This document shows positions 20,004 to 31,006 of a stretch of 64,000 bases of DNA, one piece after another. This DNA is from an uncultured Acidobacteriota bacterium. GTDB lineage: Bacteria > Acidobacteriota > Vicinamibacteria > Vicinamibacterales > 2-12-FULL-66-21. Numbering within the stretch: the first letter of the stretch is position 1; the number at the start of each line of letters is the position of its first letter. The notes under the pieces were generated by a model. It was not told where the DNA came from and ran no database searches. It saw nothing but the letters and a program-made list of their open reading frames with translations. The stretch covers positions 1,246 to 65,245 of the forward strand of contig CAVZGT010000012.1 in NCBI GenBank assembly GCA_963774855.1. The letters run 5' to 3'. Position numbers and translations under genes: made by a program.

Positions 20004-23000
20004 ATGACACAACGAAGCCTTCACCGAGCCGTCATGGTTGCGGCAGGGGTACTCGTCTTCGCCTTCTTGTCCGCGCGACTCCCGGCGCAGACCCTCTATG
20101 GAACGCTGGTCGGCAACATCACCGACCCAAGCGGTTTGCCGGTGGTCGGAGCCACGGTCCGCGCCGAGCAGTCCGGCACCGGCCTGGCGCGCGAGACCAA
20201 AACGAACGAGCGTGGAGGCTTCCAGTTTTCGGACTTGCAGTCGGGGTCCTACAGTTTGACGGTTCGCGCCGATTCGTTTTCGCCGTACACGACCACGGGC
20301 ATGCAGATCTCGGCGAACGCCGTGACCCGCGCTGACGCGCAACTGGCGCTGGCGGGCGTCGCGGAGGCGGTCACCGTTGCCGCCTCGACGGTGACCCTTC
20401 AAACCGATCGCGCGGAGGTTCGCAGCGAGATCGAAACGAAGCAGGTCAACTCTCTGCCTGTGTCCGGCGTACGGAACTACACGGCCCTGCTGGCGCTCGT
20501 GCCCGGCGTTTCGCCGCCCGCGCCCGCCCATTCGCTGGCCGCCAATCCGCAGGAGTCGCTGGCGGCTTCCGTCGGCGGGCAGAGCGACGAGAGAAACGAT
20601 ACCCGGATCGACGGCGCCGGCAACACGTTCGTCTGGCTGCCGCGCCTCGTCGCCTACAGCCCGCCGCTCGAAACGATCGAGGCGGTCAACGTCGTGACCA
20701 ACAGCATGGACGCCGAGACAGGCATGGCCGGAGGCGCGGCCGTCAACGTGCTCACGAAATCCGGCACCAACAACTTCAACGGGACGCTCTTCGAATACAA
20801 CAGTAACGGCGCCCTCAAAGCGCGGAACGTGTTCTATACCGATCCCAAGAAGCCCGAGTTCAATCAGAACCAGTGGGGAGGTACGCTTGGCGGGCCGATA
20901 CTGAAAAACAAGCTGTTTTTCTTCGGCAGCCACGAGCGGACCAATCGCAGCATCAATGTCTCGAGGTTCTTCACGGTGCCGACCGTCGAGGCGCGGCGAG
21001 GCGATTTCAGCAGCTACGGCACGACCATCTACGATCCGCTCACCGGCAATGCGAACGGGTCCGGCCGCACCGCCTTCGCCAACAACGTCATTCCGGCGGA
21101 CCGGATGAGCAGGGTCGCTCGGCAGATCATCGAGTGGTTGCCCCTGCCGACCAACTCGGCGATCAGCTCGAACTACTTTGCGTCAGGCGTGGCAGACTTC
21201 GATCGCCACTCGACGGATGTAAAGGTGAACTGGAACCCCTCGGGAAGATTCACCATGTTCGGGCGCGCCAGCATTCTGAAGTTTTCCGGGTGGACGCCGG
21301 TTCCGTTCGGCCGTGCCTCGGGCGGAGCCATACCGCCGGACCTGACGGAAGGCCCGGTGGACGGCCTGAACAAGAGCGTCTCCGTCGGCATCACGTACAC
21401 GATCACCCCGACGCTGTTGCTGGATGGCACCGTCGGCTTCAACTATGTCACGCCCGAGGCGCTCCATGCCCTGTGGGGGGAGAACATCGGACTGGACGAC
21501 TTGCAGCTTCCGGGCACCAACGATCCGAACGACATCACCTACAGCGGCATGCCGCAGTTCAGGGTCGGGGGGTATTCGACCTTTGGCAACCCGGGGAGCG
21601 CCAGGCCGCAAACGTGGCACGACAACCAGCGCCGCTACAACGCGAATCTGACGTGGATCAAGGGAACGCATGGGTTCCGGTTCGGGTTCGATCTCTCGCA
21701 CGAGCACATGAACCACTGGCAGATAGAAGCCGGCGGCGGGCCGCGCGGCGACTTCGCCTACAGCGCGGGGACGACGGGAATCCTCAACGGTCCGACGACG
21801 AATCAGCACAATGCGTTCGCGGCGTTCCTCCTGGGGTTGCCCTCGTCCGTTGGCAAAGCGGTCGCTCCCGAATTGCCGCTGACGACGCGCGCGTGGAGGC
21901 AGGGGTTCTATGCGCGCGACCAGTGGCAGGCGACGCCTGACCTGACGCTCACACTGGGCGTGCGCGCCGAGTACTACCCGGTTGTCACCCGGAAGAACAC
22001 CGGGATCGCACTGTACGACGTCACGACCAACACGGTGCGGATCGGCGGCGTTGGCGCGGTTCCTACCGACGTCGGCACCTCGGAACGTGTGCACTTCGCG
22101 CCACGGCTTGGCGCCGCGTACCGAATCGGCGACAAGTGGGTCGTTCGCGGCGGCTTCGGGGTCAGCACCGATCCGTTCTCCCTCGCGCGGCTGTTCCGCA
22201 CGAACTATCCCGCGATTGTGGCGATGGACATCGTGGCGCCGAACTCGTTCCGGTTCGTCGGGAAAACCGAGGATGGCATCCCGCCCGTTCCGATTCCGGA
22301 TCCCGGCAACGGGATCATCGCGATTCCCGGCAATGTGACGGCGACCGCCATGGAGGGGGAATTCGACCGCGGATATACACAGAGCTACAACGTGACCGTC
22401 CAGCGTGAGCTGCAATTGGGGGTTCGTCGGACAGGCCGGCTACGTCGGATCGCGAACCGTCCGTCCGCTGCTGACGATGGAACTCAATTACGCGCTGCCT
22501 GGCGGCGGCAACGCCGGCAGAATCCTCAATCAGCAGTACGGCCGCACCGCGAGCACGACACTGCAACTTCCGTATGCCGATGGGACCGGGCGATACGATT
22601 CGTTGCAGGCGACCCTGAACCGCCGGTTCGGCGGCGGCTTCTCGCTTCAGACCAGCTACACGTTCTCGAAATCGATGTCCTGGGGCACGTCGTGGATGGA
22701 TCCCTCTCAGTTTCACCGGAATCGCGCGCTCAGCTCGTTCGACCGTCCGCACAATCTGGTGGTCGGGTGGGTGGCGGACCTGCCGTTCGGCGAGGGGAAG
22801 CCTTTCGCCACCGAAGGCCTCGCCAGAATATTGTTCGGCGGCTGGCAACTGAACGGCATTTTCAGCAAGTACAGTGGCACGCCGTTTACCGTGACGGCTT
22901 CGGGCACATCGCTCAATGCCGTGGCCAACCATGCAGACAGCGGATCAAGTGAAAGACAAGGTGACGATTCTCGGTGGGACAGGGCCGGGACAGCCGTATT

Positions 23001-23317
23001 TCGATCCGCTGGCTTTTCGCTCTGTTACAGACGTGCGCTACGGCAATAGTGGACTGAACCTCCTGCGAGGCCCGGGGTTCACGAACCTGGACCTGGGGCT
23101 GTTCCGCGAGTTCCGGGTTCGTGGCCTGCAGATTCAGTTCCGGGCCGAGGCGTTCAACGCGACGAATACGCCGCATTTCAACAATCCCGGCTCCAACGTC
23201 TCCGCCATGCGCCTGAATGCCGACGGCACCGTGAATACGCTGGGAGGGTATACCGAGATCACCAGCGCCCGGCCGGACGAGCGGCAGGTGCGACTCGGCC
23301 TCAGGATCGCGTTTTAA
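20004..23317 (+). CDS. TonB-dependent receptor (acidobacterial Oar-like); frameshifts near 22415 and 22930
   Basis: GNITDPSG, TKSGTNNFNG, NQWGGTLGGP, FAPRLGAAY, QFRAEAFN, RQVRLGLRIAF*; AGGAGG RBS. Confidence 0.9.
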
Positions 23318-23362
23318 GCTGACGACGGGAACATCCGCACATCGGGCGCGGCCCCTAGCCGT

Positions 23363-23478
23363 CTTGACCACCGAAAACTCGTGAACTTGAGTCAAGTTTT
23401 CGGCGGTCAAGCGGCGAAACATCAAGCAATGCCACCTAGCGAGGCGGAGCCTCCAGTGGTCTGAGGCGGAGCCTCGCT
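23363..23478. repeat. Two intergenic palindromic elements between convergent genes
   Basis: CTTGACCACCGAAAACT-N15-AGTTTTCGGCGGTCAAG (16/17); then two GAGGCGGAGCCTC units within AGCGAGGC...GCCTCGCT. Confidence 0.7.
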
Positions 23479-23536
23479 CGAAATTTGGGGCCGCCCCCGG
23501 GCGCACCTGTCGCCGCGACGATCGTTGCGTCAGCCG

Positions 23537-25249
23537 CTATTGCGGTCGCGCCGCGAGGTACGTGCTCAACAGGCCAACGTTCTCGGCGAACGTGCGCGAT
23601 CGCACAATGCGCTGCCGGGGAACCTCGGGGCCGGCGAACACTTCCAGGGTGTCGTTCTCCTTCACCGTCAGCGGTTTTCCGCCCAGCATCACCACGAGCT
23701 CGCGGCCGGCGAAGATCGACACGAGTCGATTCGACTTCCCGATGGCCCCCTCTTCGACCCACGCGCCGCGGGCATCCAGAGCGTCGATGGCTGCGCCAAC
23801 GCGCGCTGCGAGCGCACCGCGATCGCCGGCGGCGACAGTGCCGCCAGCGGGCGCCTCGGCCCACGGGGAGAGCCCCCGAAGCCGGTCGGGCCTCTTCAGT
23901 GACGTGGTGTCGCTCTTCTGGATGGCGGCGAACTCGCGCTCGATCGCGCCGAACCCCGATCCGGACGTGAGCACGGCGTAGTGCGTGATCACGGATGCGT
24001 CGCTGTAGCTCACCTCATAGCCGTCGACATTCGTCGCGCCTTGTCCGGCCGCGGTGACGCGCGTCCCCTTCGTGATGTAGAGCGGCCGGTTGGTGTGCAG
24101 CTCATAGAAGCGCGCCACGCACGGCGCGTTCGCCGGACACGCGCGCCGGCGGATCTCCGATGGACTGACGGCGTCCGGCAGCATCGACCGCTTGTAGTAG
24201 GCGAGCGCTCGCGGGATCGGCTCGAGATACTTCCGGTTCCCGGTTTCGCGATAGAGCAGCAGCAGCGCCCGCAGCGCGCTCTGCGATTCACCACCGGTGA
24301 TCGCCGGCGGCTCGAACTGGCGCGCCCACGCGGGATGCATGTCCCGATCGTACTGTTGCGCCCACCCCGGCTGCGGCTCCGGCATCTGCGCCAGCAGGAT
24401 GAACTCGCCGCCCTGCTCCGCCGCCGCGCGATAGCGCGGCTCGTCGTAGATTCGCGCGGCCTCGAGCATCGCATCCATGGCATCGACGATGGAGTTGTCG
24501 TTGAAGGTGTAGTGGGTGTAGTAGCTCGCGCCCGGCCATTTCCGCTCCCACGACGCCGGGTAGCTGGCTTTCCTGACCGGGAAGTCCGATGGCGCCGGAA
24601 ACTGCGAATACCGCTGCGGCCAGGCGCCATTCGGGTACTGCGCCTTGACGAGACTGTCGAGCGCGAAGCGCGCGGCCTCGTGAATCGACGCATCCTTGAA
24701 GCCGAGCTCGCGATCGACGCGCATCAGCACACGCACCGCCGCCTGCGTGACGTTGTCGTCGAGCGTCGTCGGCCGCTCGGGACTCGTGGTCTCACGCTTC
24801 CCGCAGCCGCCGTCGGCCCGATACGGAAACTGCGCCCGCTTCGACGGATCGAACTCGATGTAGTAGTCCCAGCCGCCGCTGCAGTACTGCCCTTTGACGA
24901 GGGCGCGCGCGACGTCACGCGCGGCATCGAGATAGTAGGCGTCGGCGGTCGCCGCGTACGCCTCGAGGTAGGCCAGGCCGACAATCGGCGTCCCCTCGCG
25001 CTGGATCTCCACGCGCGTCGGTCCCTCGCTCATCTCCGAACGGCCGTAGCTGAGATCTTCGGCGTACGCGAAGTGATACCCGCCTTCTGTCGCGACTTTG
25101 GTCCGGTAGAACTCCACCGCCTTTCGCAGTGCCGCGCGCGCCCGCTCGCGGAGCGCCGGGTCGGCATCCTGGCTGGCCACACCCCGGTCGAACGAGGTCG
25201 AGAAAACGCCGATGACGATCGCCATGGAGAAGAGGGTGGTCTTGCGCAT
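23537..25249 (-). CDS. Pectate lyase, PL10/PelA-like
   Basis: TLDDNVT, AQYPNGAWPQRY, TFNDNSI, GWAQQYD, ARQFEPPAI, ARFYEL; signal peptide. Confidence 0.82.
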   Translation of the reverse strand: MRKTTLFSMAIVIGVFSTSFDRGVASQDADPALRERARAALRKAVEFYRTKVATEGGYHFAYAEDLSYGRSEMSEGPTRVEIQREGTPIVGLAYLEAYAATADAYYLDAARDVARALVKGQYCSGGWDYYIEFDPSKRAQFPYRADGGCGKRETTSPERPTTLDDNVTQAAVRVLMRVDRELGFKDASIHEAARFALDSLVKAQYPNGAWPQRYSQFPAPSDFPVRKASYPASWERKWPGASYYTHYTFNDNSIVDAMDAMLEAARIYDEPRYRAAAEQGGEFILLAQMPEPQPGWAQQYDRDMHPAWARQFEPPAITGGESQSALRALLLLYRETGNRKYLEPIPRALAYYKRSMLPDAVSPSEIRRRACPANAPCVARFYELHTNRPLYITKGTRVTAAGQGATNVDGYEVSYSDASVITHYAVLTSGSGFGAIEREFAAIQKSDTTSLKRPDRLRGLSPWAEAPAGGTVAAGDRGALAARVGAAIDALDARGAWVEEGAIGKSNRLVSIFAGRELVVMLGGKPLTVKENDTLEVFAGPEVPRQRIVRSRTFAENVGLLSTYLAARPQ

Positions 25250-25296
25250 GTCGCACAGTTTACGTGAACACAGCGCGAGAGGAGAACCGACGAGAG

Positions 25297-26124
25297 CTAG
25301 CGGGACGAGCCGGCGCTGGACAGTCCGGGGCGGGCGCCGCGGGGCGCGACGAACCGGAAGTCTGCCTCGCTGAACGTCGGCTGGGCCGAGAGGACGTCGT
25401 ACCGCCCCTGCATGTCGAAGGTAGAGTCACGCCCCGTTTCGGGATGCTTTCCGCGTGCGCTCATGGCAAGTCCGCGGAGGAGGTACGACTCGGCGTCGAG
25501 GAGGAACCGCTGCTCGAGCGTGAACGTAAACGCGTCAGTAATCGCCCTCGTGATCCGCACCACGTTGACCGCCGCACCGCCAAGCTTCTCGGGACCCGTC
25601 ATCGTCAGGAGGCCGCCTGATTCGGTGGCGAGCTCTTCCATCGATGGCGCCTGATCGTCGGTCAACAGGTCCCACTCGGCGATGCTCTCTGATTCCCATG
25701 TGCCATCAACGGAGAAGCCGAGGGCGTTCGGCAGCCGTCGCGCGATACCCGCCAATGTCGCAGGCGCTTCGGTCTGCAGGTACGAATTGGTCCAGCTTTG
25801 CCAGTAGCTCAGCGTGGTGCCGTCAGAGACGATCAGATAGCTCGATTGCTTGCCGAAATGCTTCGAGGAAGACGACAGAAAGAGCTTGTTCGGCCGCTGC
25901 ATCCTCAGCTCGAGCGTGTTCGGCCCCGGCACAGGAAAATCCTCCTCCGACATGTCGCCCGAATATTTGGCCGACCACCGCACCTTGATGTGCAGCGCGG
26001 GAAGCGTCTGGTAGGCGGTAGCCATCCTTGCCAGTGCGTTCTCGGCTGCCGGGTCGGTGGCGGGCTGTTGCGCGTGCAGTAAAACGGTCCCCCCGGCAAG
26101 CACAGCGATCGTCGCAATCCGCAT
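25297..26124 (-). CDS. LolA-like/DUF2092 periplasmic protein
   Basis: Signal peptide, MQRPNKL, IVSDGTTL, FRFVAPRGA. Confidence 0.7.
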   Translation of the reverse strand: MRIATIAVLAGGTVLLHAQQPATDPAAENALARMATAYQTLPALHIKVRWSAKYSGDMSEEDFPVPGPNTLELRMQRPNKLFLSSSSKHFGKQSSYLIVSDGTTLSYWQSWTNSYLQTEAPATLAGIARRLPNALGFSVDGTWESESIAEWDLLTDDQAPSMEELATESGGLLTMTGPEKLGGAAVNVVRITRAITDAFTFTLEQRFLLDAESYLLRGLAMSARGKHPETGRDSTFDMQGRYDVLSAQPTFSEADFRFVAPRGARPGLSSAGSSR

Positions 26125-26646
26125 GACAGCCACGCTTCCTCCTCGTTGCGCCTCCACCGGTTTCACGAGTGGATGATGCCCGATCCTGCAGACCGAAGTC
26201 GTGAGGAAAGGCTGAAAATTCCGTGAAGCTGCGGTTCGTGCGGTTCGTTTGCGGCGGTGGTTCGGCGCTAAGCGGCTGTTCAGACAACGAGATCGCGCGA
26301 GTTCGCCAAGGAACTCACGCGAGTCCGAGAATGGCGTTGGTTCTCGGACTTCCCCTCAGACCCTCGCTTGCGGCCACCGGCGCTTTCCGGCGATGGCGAC
26401 GAACCCCACACAACTTGTTCCGGAACAGGCGAGGTTCTTGCGCCGAACGTGAGCTGCAGTTGACCTTGCCCGCCCACGTTCGCGTTTTCACCGACGGCGG
26501 AAGTTGGCAGACGCTCAGCTCGTCGGGATCGAGCGGCAGCACGTATCAGCAGGAGTGCCGGCACTGTCGAACGCGTGCGCCGACCGAATCGGGATCAAGA
26601 CCTGGCCGGGCGACGTGCGGCCGCTCTCGAAAATGACGGCTTGTCC

Positions 26647-27135
26647 CTACGAGAGATTGCTCGTCTGGAGCGAGGCGTTTGCCCCGACGGACTCCGAAGC
26701 GGTCGCGAGTCCCGACAAGACGATCGCGCCGCCGAGCGCAAACACGCTGAGCAGCCTCAGGTTTGATCGTGGAAAGCGAAGGACGTTGGCCACAGATTCC
26801 GCGAGCGAGTAGTCCGGACTGTCTATGAGCCACCCGCCGATGACGACGACAACAAACGCGGGAACGCTGAGCGCAGCTCCCAGCAGGATGGCCGTGGGGC
26901 GTCCGGGAGACCAACGCAATCGCTTCAGCATCACCGCGACGGGAACGATCATCCCAGCCAGCGCCCCGAGATAGTAGGGCGCGGTAACGATCGACACGAA
27001 AATCGCGGTTCCGAGAGCACCGCCAAACTCGTTCCCGGTGCGGACTCCGAGCGCCACCGCAGCGCCCGCGGAAATCGTCACGAGCGCGTCCATCACAAGA
27101 AAAGCAACGAGCGCGCGAAGCCAGATGCGCTTCAT
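26647..27135 (-). CDS. Hypothetical membrane protein (about 4 TM)
   Basis: Hydrophobic C-terminal part of ORF 26647..28563 starting MKRIWLRALV. Confidence 0.65.
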   Translation of the reverse strand: MKRIWLRALVAFLVMDALVTISAGAAVALGVRTGNEFGGALGTAIFVSIVTAPYYLGALAGMIVPVAVMLKRLRWSPGRPTAILLGAALSVPAFVVVVIGGWLIDSPDYSLAESVANVLRFPRSNLRLLSVFALGGAIVLSGLATASESVGANASLQTSNLS

Positions 27136-27239
27136 ATCCCCGCTCCTCGAACCTGAACCGTTGAACCCCTTGTTCAGGGCATCACCGTATAGACAAGTCA
27201 TCTTATATCCAGGCTGCTTACAGGCCGCGCGAAGCGCCC

Positions 27240-29660
27240 CTACTCCTGGCGCAGTGTGGCGATCGGATCGATTCGAGATGCACGAAGCGCGGGGACGGCG
27301 GCCGCGAGGATGCCGACGGCGAGCAGCACCGAGATCGTCGGCAGGAAGACCATCGGATCGGCGGCGGTGACCTTGGCGACGAAGGTCGCGCGCATCGCGA
27401 ACGCCATCGGCACAGCCAGGGCCAGCCCGCACGCCATGCCCGCCAGCACGAGCGTCAGCGCCTGGCGTATCACCAGAGTGACGATGCGAGAGGGCGGAGC
27501 GCCGATCGCCAGGCGCACGCCGATCTCGCGCCGGCGGAGCGCGACGATGTAGGACAGCACCGCATACAGTCCGGTCGCGGACAGGACCAGGGCCACGGTG
27601 CCGGCCGCGCCGATGACGTAGAGCGCGCCGGCCATCTCCCGCGCCTCGTCTTGAAATCCCATGTCGCCCCGGCGGATCGACGTCCAGGTGATCCGCGGAT
27701 CGATCCGGTTGACGAGCGTTTGGAGATCGGCGCGCAGCGCCTCGGGATCGGCGGCGCGCACGCGCAGGGTGAACTCGCCGCTCAGCTCCCTGGGAAGGGG
27801 CACGTAGATCACCGGGTCTGGCCGCGCGACAGTCGGACGAAGCGGGTTGTCCGCGACGACGCCAACGATGCGAACGTCGCGAACCTCGCGCGCGGCGCCC
27901 GATGCAGGGACAACGCGAAGCACCATGCCGAGCGGCGAGGCGCCGGGCGCGATCGTCTCGGCGGCCCCCGCGCTCAGCAGGGCGGTCGTGTGGTCGTCGG
28001 CATCGGTCAGGCGCCGGCCGGTGAGAAGCCTGATCTCCATGACGTCGAGCCAGGCGGCGGTCATGCCGACGAGCGACGCAAAACGGTCGGCGGTCTGCGG
28101 CGCGCCGCGCAAGCCGAACCGCACGCCGTCCTCGATCGAGAGCGCAACGTGTGTCACGCGTCCGTCCGCGGCCGCGCCCGCCGCGAGGGTGTCCGCGAAC
28201 CGCCGCGCCTCGAGCGGGGTCATCCGGAGCTCGGACGGATCGAAGCTGGCGGCCATCTGCCGGCGAAGGGCACTCGGAGCGTCGTTGACCATCGCCTGCA
28301 CGGTTCTGGCGAAGAGCCCCGCGAGCACCATCAGGCCGAGAGACAGCGCGACCTGTCCGACGATCAGCGCGCTTCGAAGTCGCGAGTGGCGCAGGCCGCC
28401 GCCCTGTGAGCCCTGTTTGAGCTCGCCGGCCGCCGTGCGCCGGAGCACGAGCCACGCGGGCATGAGCCCGGTCGCCAGGGAGACCCCGAGCGCGAGCGAG
28501 ACCGCGAAGAGCAGCACGCGCCAGTCGATGCTCACGAACACCGGCACCATGGGCTGCACCCATCCGAGAGCCAGGAGGATGAGCCCGATCGAGAGAGCGA
28601 CGGCGATCACCGCGCGCGCGAGCGTCTCGAGGGTGAGCAATCGCACGAGTTGCGCGCGGGTCGCTCCGAGCGCCAGCCGGACGGCGAGCTCGCGCGACTG
28701 CTCCGCGACGCGGGCCAGGTGCAGGTTGGCCACGTTCGCGCAGCCGATCGCGAGCACGATGAGGGGCAGCGCCAGTAGCGCGATCACGATCGCGAAGATC
28801 CCGATCGGGGTGTCATTCGGAGGCGAACCGGGAGTGCGGAGGCGCGGCGCGGCGTTGGCGCGCGTGGCGGGCTGCGACGCGGCGATGCGTGCGGCCGAAA
28901 CGGTCAGCTGGCGCTCGACATCCGCAATCGTGAGGCCGGCTTTCACGCGTCCGACGACGGAGAGCCAGCCGGTGTCGAGCGATGGGCGGCTCGGCCACTG
29001 TGGCGCGAGGGCCAGGGGGATCCACGCCTGCACGCCGTTCGAGTCATCCTGGCCGAAATCGAGCGTCTCCATCCCGTGGAAGCGCGGCGGCGCCACGCCG
29101 ATGACGGTGAACGACGTGCCGCCGAACAGCACCGGCCGGCCGATGGCGTCGTCCCGGCCGTCGAGATGAGTGCGCCAGAAGTATTCCGTGACGACCGCCA
29201 CCGGCGCTGCGCCGGGGCGGTCGTCCTCAGCGCTGAGGAGTCGCCCGCGCAGCGGCGTCGTGCGAAGCGTCCTGAAGAAATCGCCGGAGACGAAGGCGCC
29301 GCTGATCGCGACGGGGCCATGGCTGCCCGCCGCCGTCATCCGCAGGTCGCCTTCCGCGCCGATCCCGTCGAGCGCCGAGTCCGCCGGTAGCTCCCGCATG
29401 ATCGCGAAGTCGTTGAACGACAGCGGCGCCGTGACGATACGCCGGCCGCCGGACTCGCTCCCCGTGGGGCTGTCGTAGCGCAGCGAGACTCGAGCGAGCG
29501 AGCGACGGCCGGCAATGCCGGGCATGTCTCCGTAGAAGAGCGATGTGATGACCGAGAACATCCCCACAGAGGCGACCAGGCCGATGACCAGGCAGGCGAT
29601 CACGGCGAGGGTGTGCCCGGGCCTGCGCAGCAACTGCCGCGCGACGTACTTCAGATCCAT
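27240..29660 (-). CDS. ADOP-like duplicated MacB/FtsX ABC permease
   Basis: DLKYVARQLLRRPG, IGCANVANL, RELAVRLALGA, RREIGVRLAIGA, RASRIDPIATLRQE. Confidence 0.92.
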   Translation of the reverse strand: MDLKYVARQLLRRPGHTLAVIACLVIGLVASVGMFSVITSLFYGDMPGIAGRRSLARVSLRYDSPTGSESGGRRIVTAPLSFNDFAIMRELPADSALDGIGAEGDLRMTAAGSHGPVAISGAFVSGDFFRTLRTTPLRGRLLSAEDDRPGAAPVAVVTEYFWRTHLDGRDDAIGRPVLFGGTSFTVIGVAPPRFHGMETLDFGQDDSNGVQAWIPLALAPQWPSRPSLDTGWLSVVGRVKAGLTIADVERQLTVSAARIAASQPATRANAAPRLRTPGSPPNDTPIGIFAIVIALLALPLIVLAIGCANVANLHLARVAEQSRELAVRLALGATRAQLVRLLTLETLARAVIAVALSIGLILLALGWVQPMVPVFVSIDWRVLLFAVSLALGVSLATGLMPAWLVLRRTAAGELKQGSQGGGLRHSRLRSALIVGQVALSLGLMVLAGLFARTVQAMVNDAPSALRRQMAASFDPSELRMTPLEARRFADTLAAGAAADGRVTHVALSIEDGVRFGLRGAPQTADRFASLVGMTAAWLDVMEIRLLTGRRLTDADDHTTALLSAGAAETIAPGASPLGMVLRVVPASGAAREVRDVRIVGVVADNPLRPTVARPDPVIYVPLPRELSGEFTLRVRAADPEALRADLQTLVNRIDPRITWTSIRRGDMGFQDEAREMAGALYVIGAAGTVALVLSATGLYAVLSYIVALRRREIGVRLAIGAPPSRIVTLVIRQALTLVLAGMACGLALAVPMAFAMRATFVAKVTAADPMVFLPTISVLLAVGILAAAVPALRASRIDPIATLRQE

Positions 29661-29794
29661 GGCGACTGTACCCGGCAGCCGCGTGGCGGCCGCGAATTCG
29701 CGTCGATCGATGCGTTTCTGGAAGGACGCAAGGCGTTCCACAATCCAATACGCTCGTGCGCACGAAAAGTTAACGCCCTAGGCTGACTACGGGT

Positions 29795-30100
29795 TCACGG
29801 ACGGTGCTCGTTCGTCCTCGTATGCTCGCGCAGCATGCGGTCGAAGAGGAACGGGCCGCCCGGAAGAACAGCTGCCACCAGCCCGATTGCGGCGACTGAA
29901 ACCGGGAGCGGAACCCGGCGGATGGCGATCAGCAGCATCAGCGCCAGTGCCGTAAAAAGGGCGCCGTGAATCGTTCCGGCGATCGTGACCGCCAGCGGCA
30001 TGCCGGCCCCGTACTTGAGAGGCATCGCGATACCGAACAGGATCAGCGTCGAGACGCCCTCGACCAGCGAGAGCCGCCGCAGTGTCGGAGTGAAGCGCAT
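29795..30100 (-). CDS. DUF3817-like membrane protein
   Basis: EGVSTLILFGIAMPLKY, GTIHGALF. Confidence 0.8.
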   Translation of the reverse strand: MRFTPTLRRLSLVEGVSTLILFGIAMPLKYGAGMPLAVTIAGTIHGALFTALALMLLIAIRRVPLPVSVAAIGLVAAVLPGGPFLFDRMLREHTRTNEHRP

Positions 30101-30153
30101 GCGTGATCATACGCGGACAGATCTTCATCTGCCATCGCGCCGACCGTTGCCGG

Positions 30154-30729
30154 TTAGCGAATCCGGCTCAACGACCATCTCACGGTTCCCGACGCGCAGG
30201 TGACGACGGAGCCGGCGGAGTCGCCGACGACAACGCTGCCCGATACGGTGCCAGTGACCACGGCGATGTTGCTGACACCCTCGACTTGAAGGTCAGCCGC
30301 CGGACCCGTTCCCGAGAACGTCGCACGTGCATCGGCCAACCGGCCCTCTGAGGAAATCGCGTGCCGGGTGTTGATCGCCACGCCTCGAATGGAACCCGAT
30401 ACGGGATCGCCGGCCTGACGCCCGCCCGAGCCGTGGCCAAGCCGGATCTCGAACGTACCGTCGGCGGCGGTTCTCGGTCGAACACGCGAGACCGCGCCAT
30501 CCGCGTCCACGGTAGCGTCGTTCACCATTACTCCATACCCGCCTGGCCCTGCACCGGGACAGGCCGGCACGAGCCGGTCATTGACGAAGGTGCCGTCGGG
30601 CGCGAACACACTGAACGTGTAGGCCCCAGCCACGAGGGGTGGAGGCTGCGAAGGCGCCGCCGGTGACGAGCCGCAACCCATGCAGCACGTTGTGACAGCC
30701 GCGGCAACGTAGCGCTGACGGAGAGTCAT
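30154..30729 (-). CDS. Hypothetical lipoprotein
   Basis: GCGSSPAAPS lipoprotein-type N-terminus. Confidence 0.6.
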   Translation of the reverse strand: MTLRQRYVAAAVTTCCMGCGSSPAAPSQPPPLVAGAYTFSVFAPDGTFVNDRLVPACPGAGPGGYGVMVNDATVDADGAVSRVRPRTAADGTFEIRLGHGSGGRQAGDPVSGSIRGVAINTRHAISSEGRLADARATFSGTGPAADLQVEGVSNIAVVTGTVSGSVVVGDSAGSVVTCASGTVRWSLSRIR

Positions 30730-31006
30730 GACACACCACCTCTCTACCGGCCTGACTATGCTTGAAGTAGACCGTTTGACGTCAGCGGCAGCCAATCGAG
30801 ACTTCCGTCCGTAGGTGACAGGCGCACCAGCGAACCATCACCACGCCAAGTATCTCATCGCTTTCATTGCTGAGTTTCCTCGGTACCCCCTAATGCGCAA
30901 AGCATCTCCAAGGCGGCTCAGCACGACCGGGGGACGCCGGCTGGCACGTCTGCGCCACGTTGATCGCGCGGCCGTCAGCGCGACACGAGTCCAGGGAACA
31001 TCGTCA

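Noticed and set aside
26223-26640. Possible attC-like ends (GCCGAAC/GTTCGGC), a small hairpin at 26321-26350 and weak TIR-like sequences
   Set aside because: Arms do not pair convincingly, there is no integrase and no target duplication
27187-27194. GTATAGAC GntR/HutC-like box upstream of the membrane-protein gene
   Set aside because: Single 8-bp site with no regulator nearby; too weak
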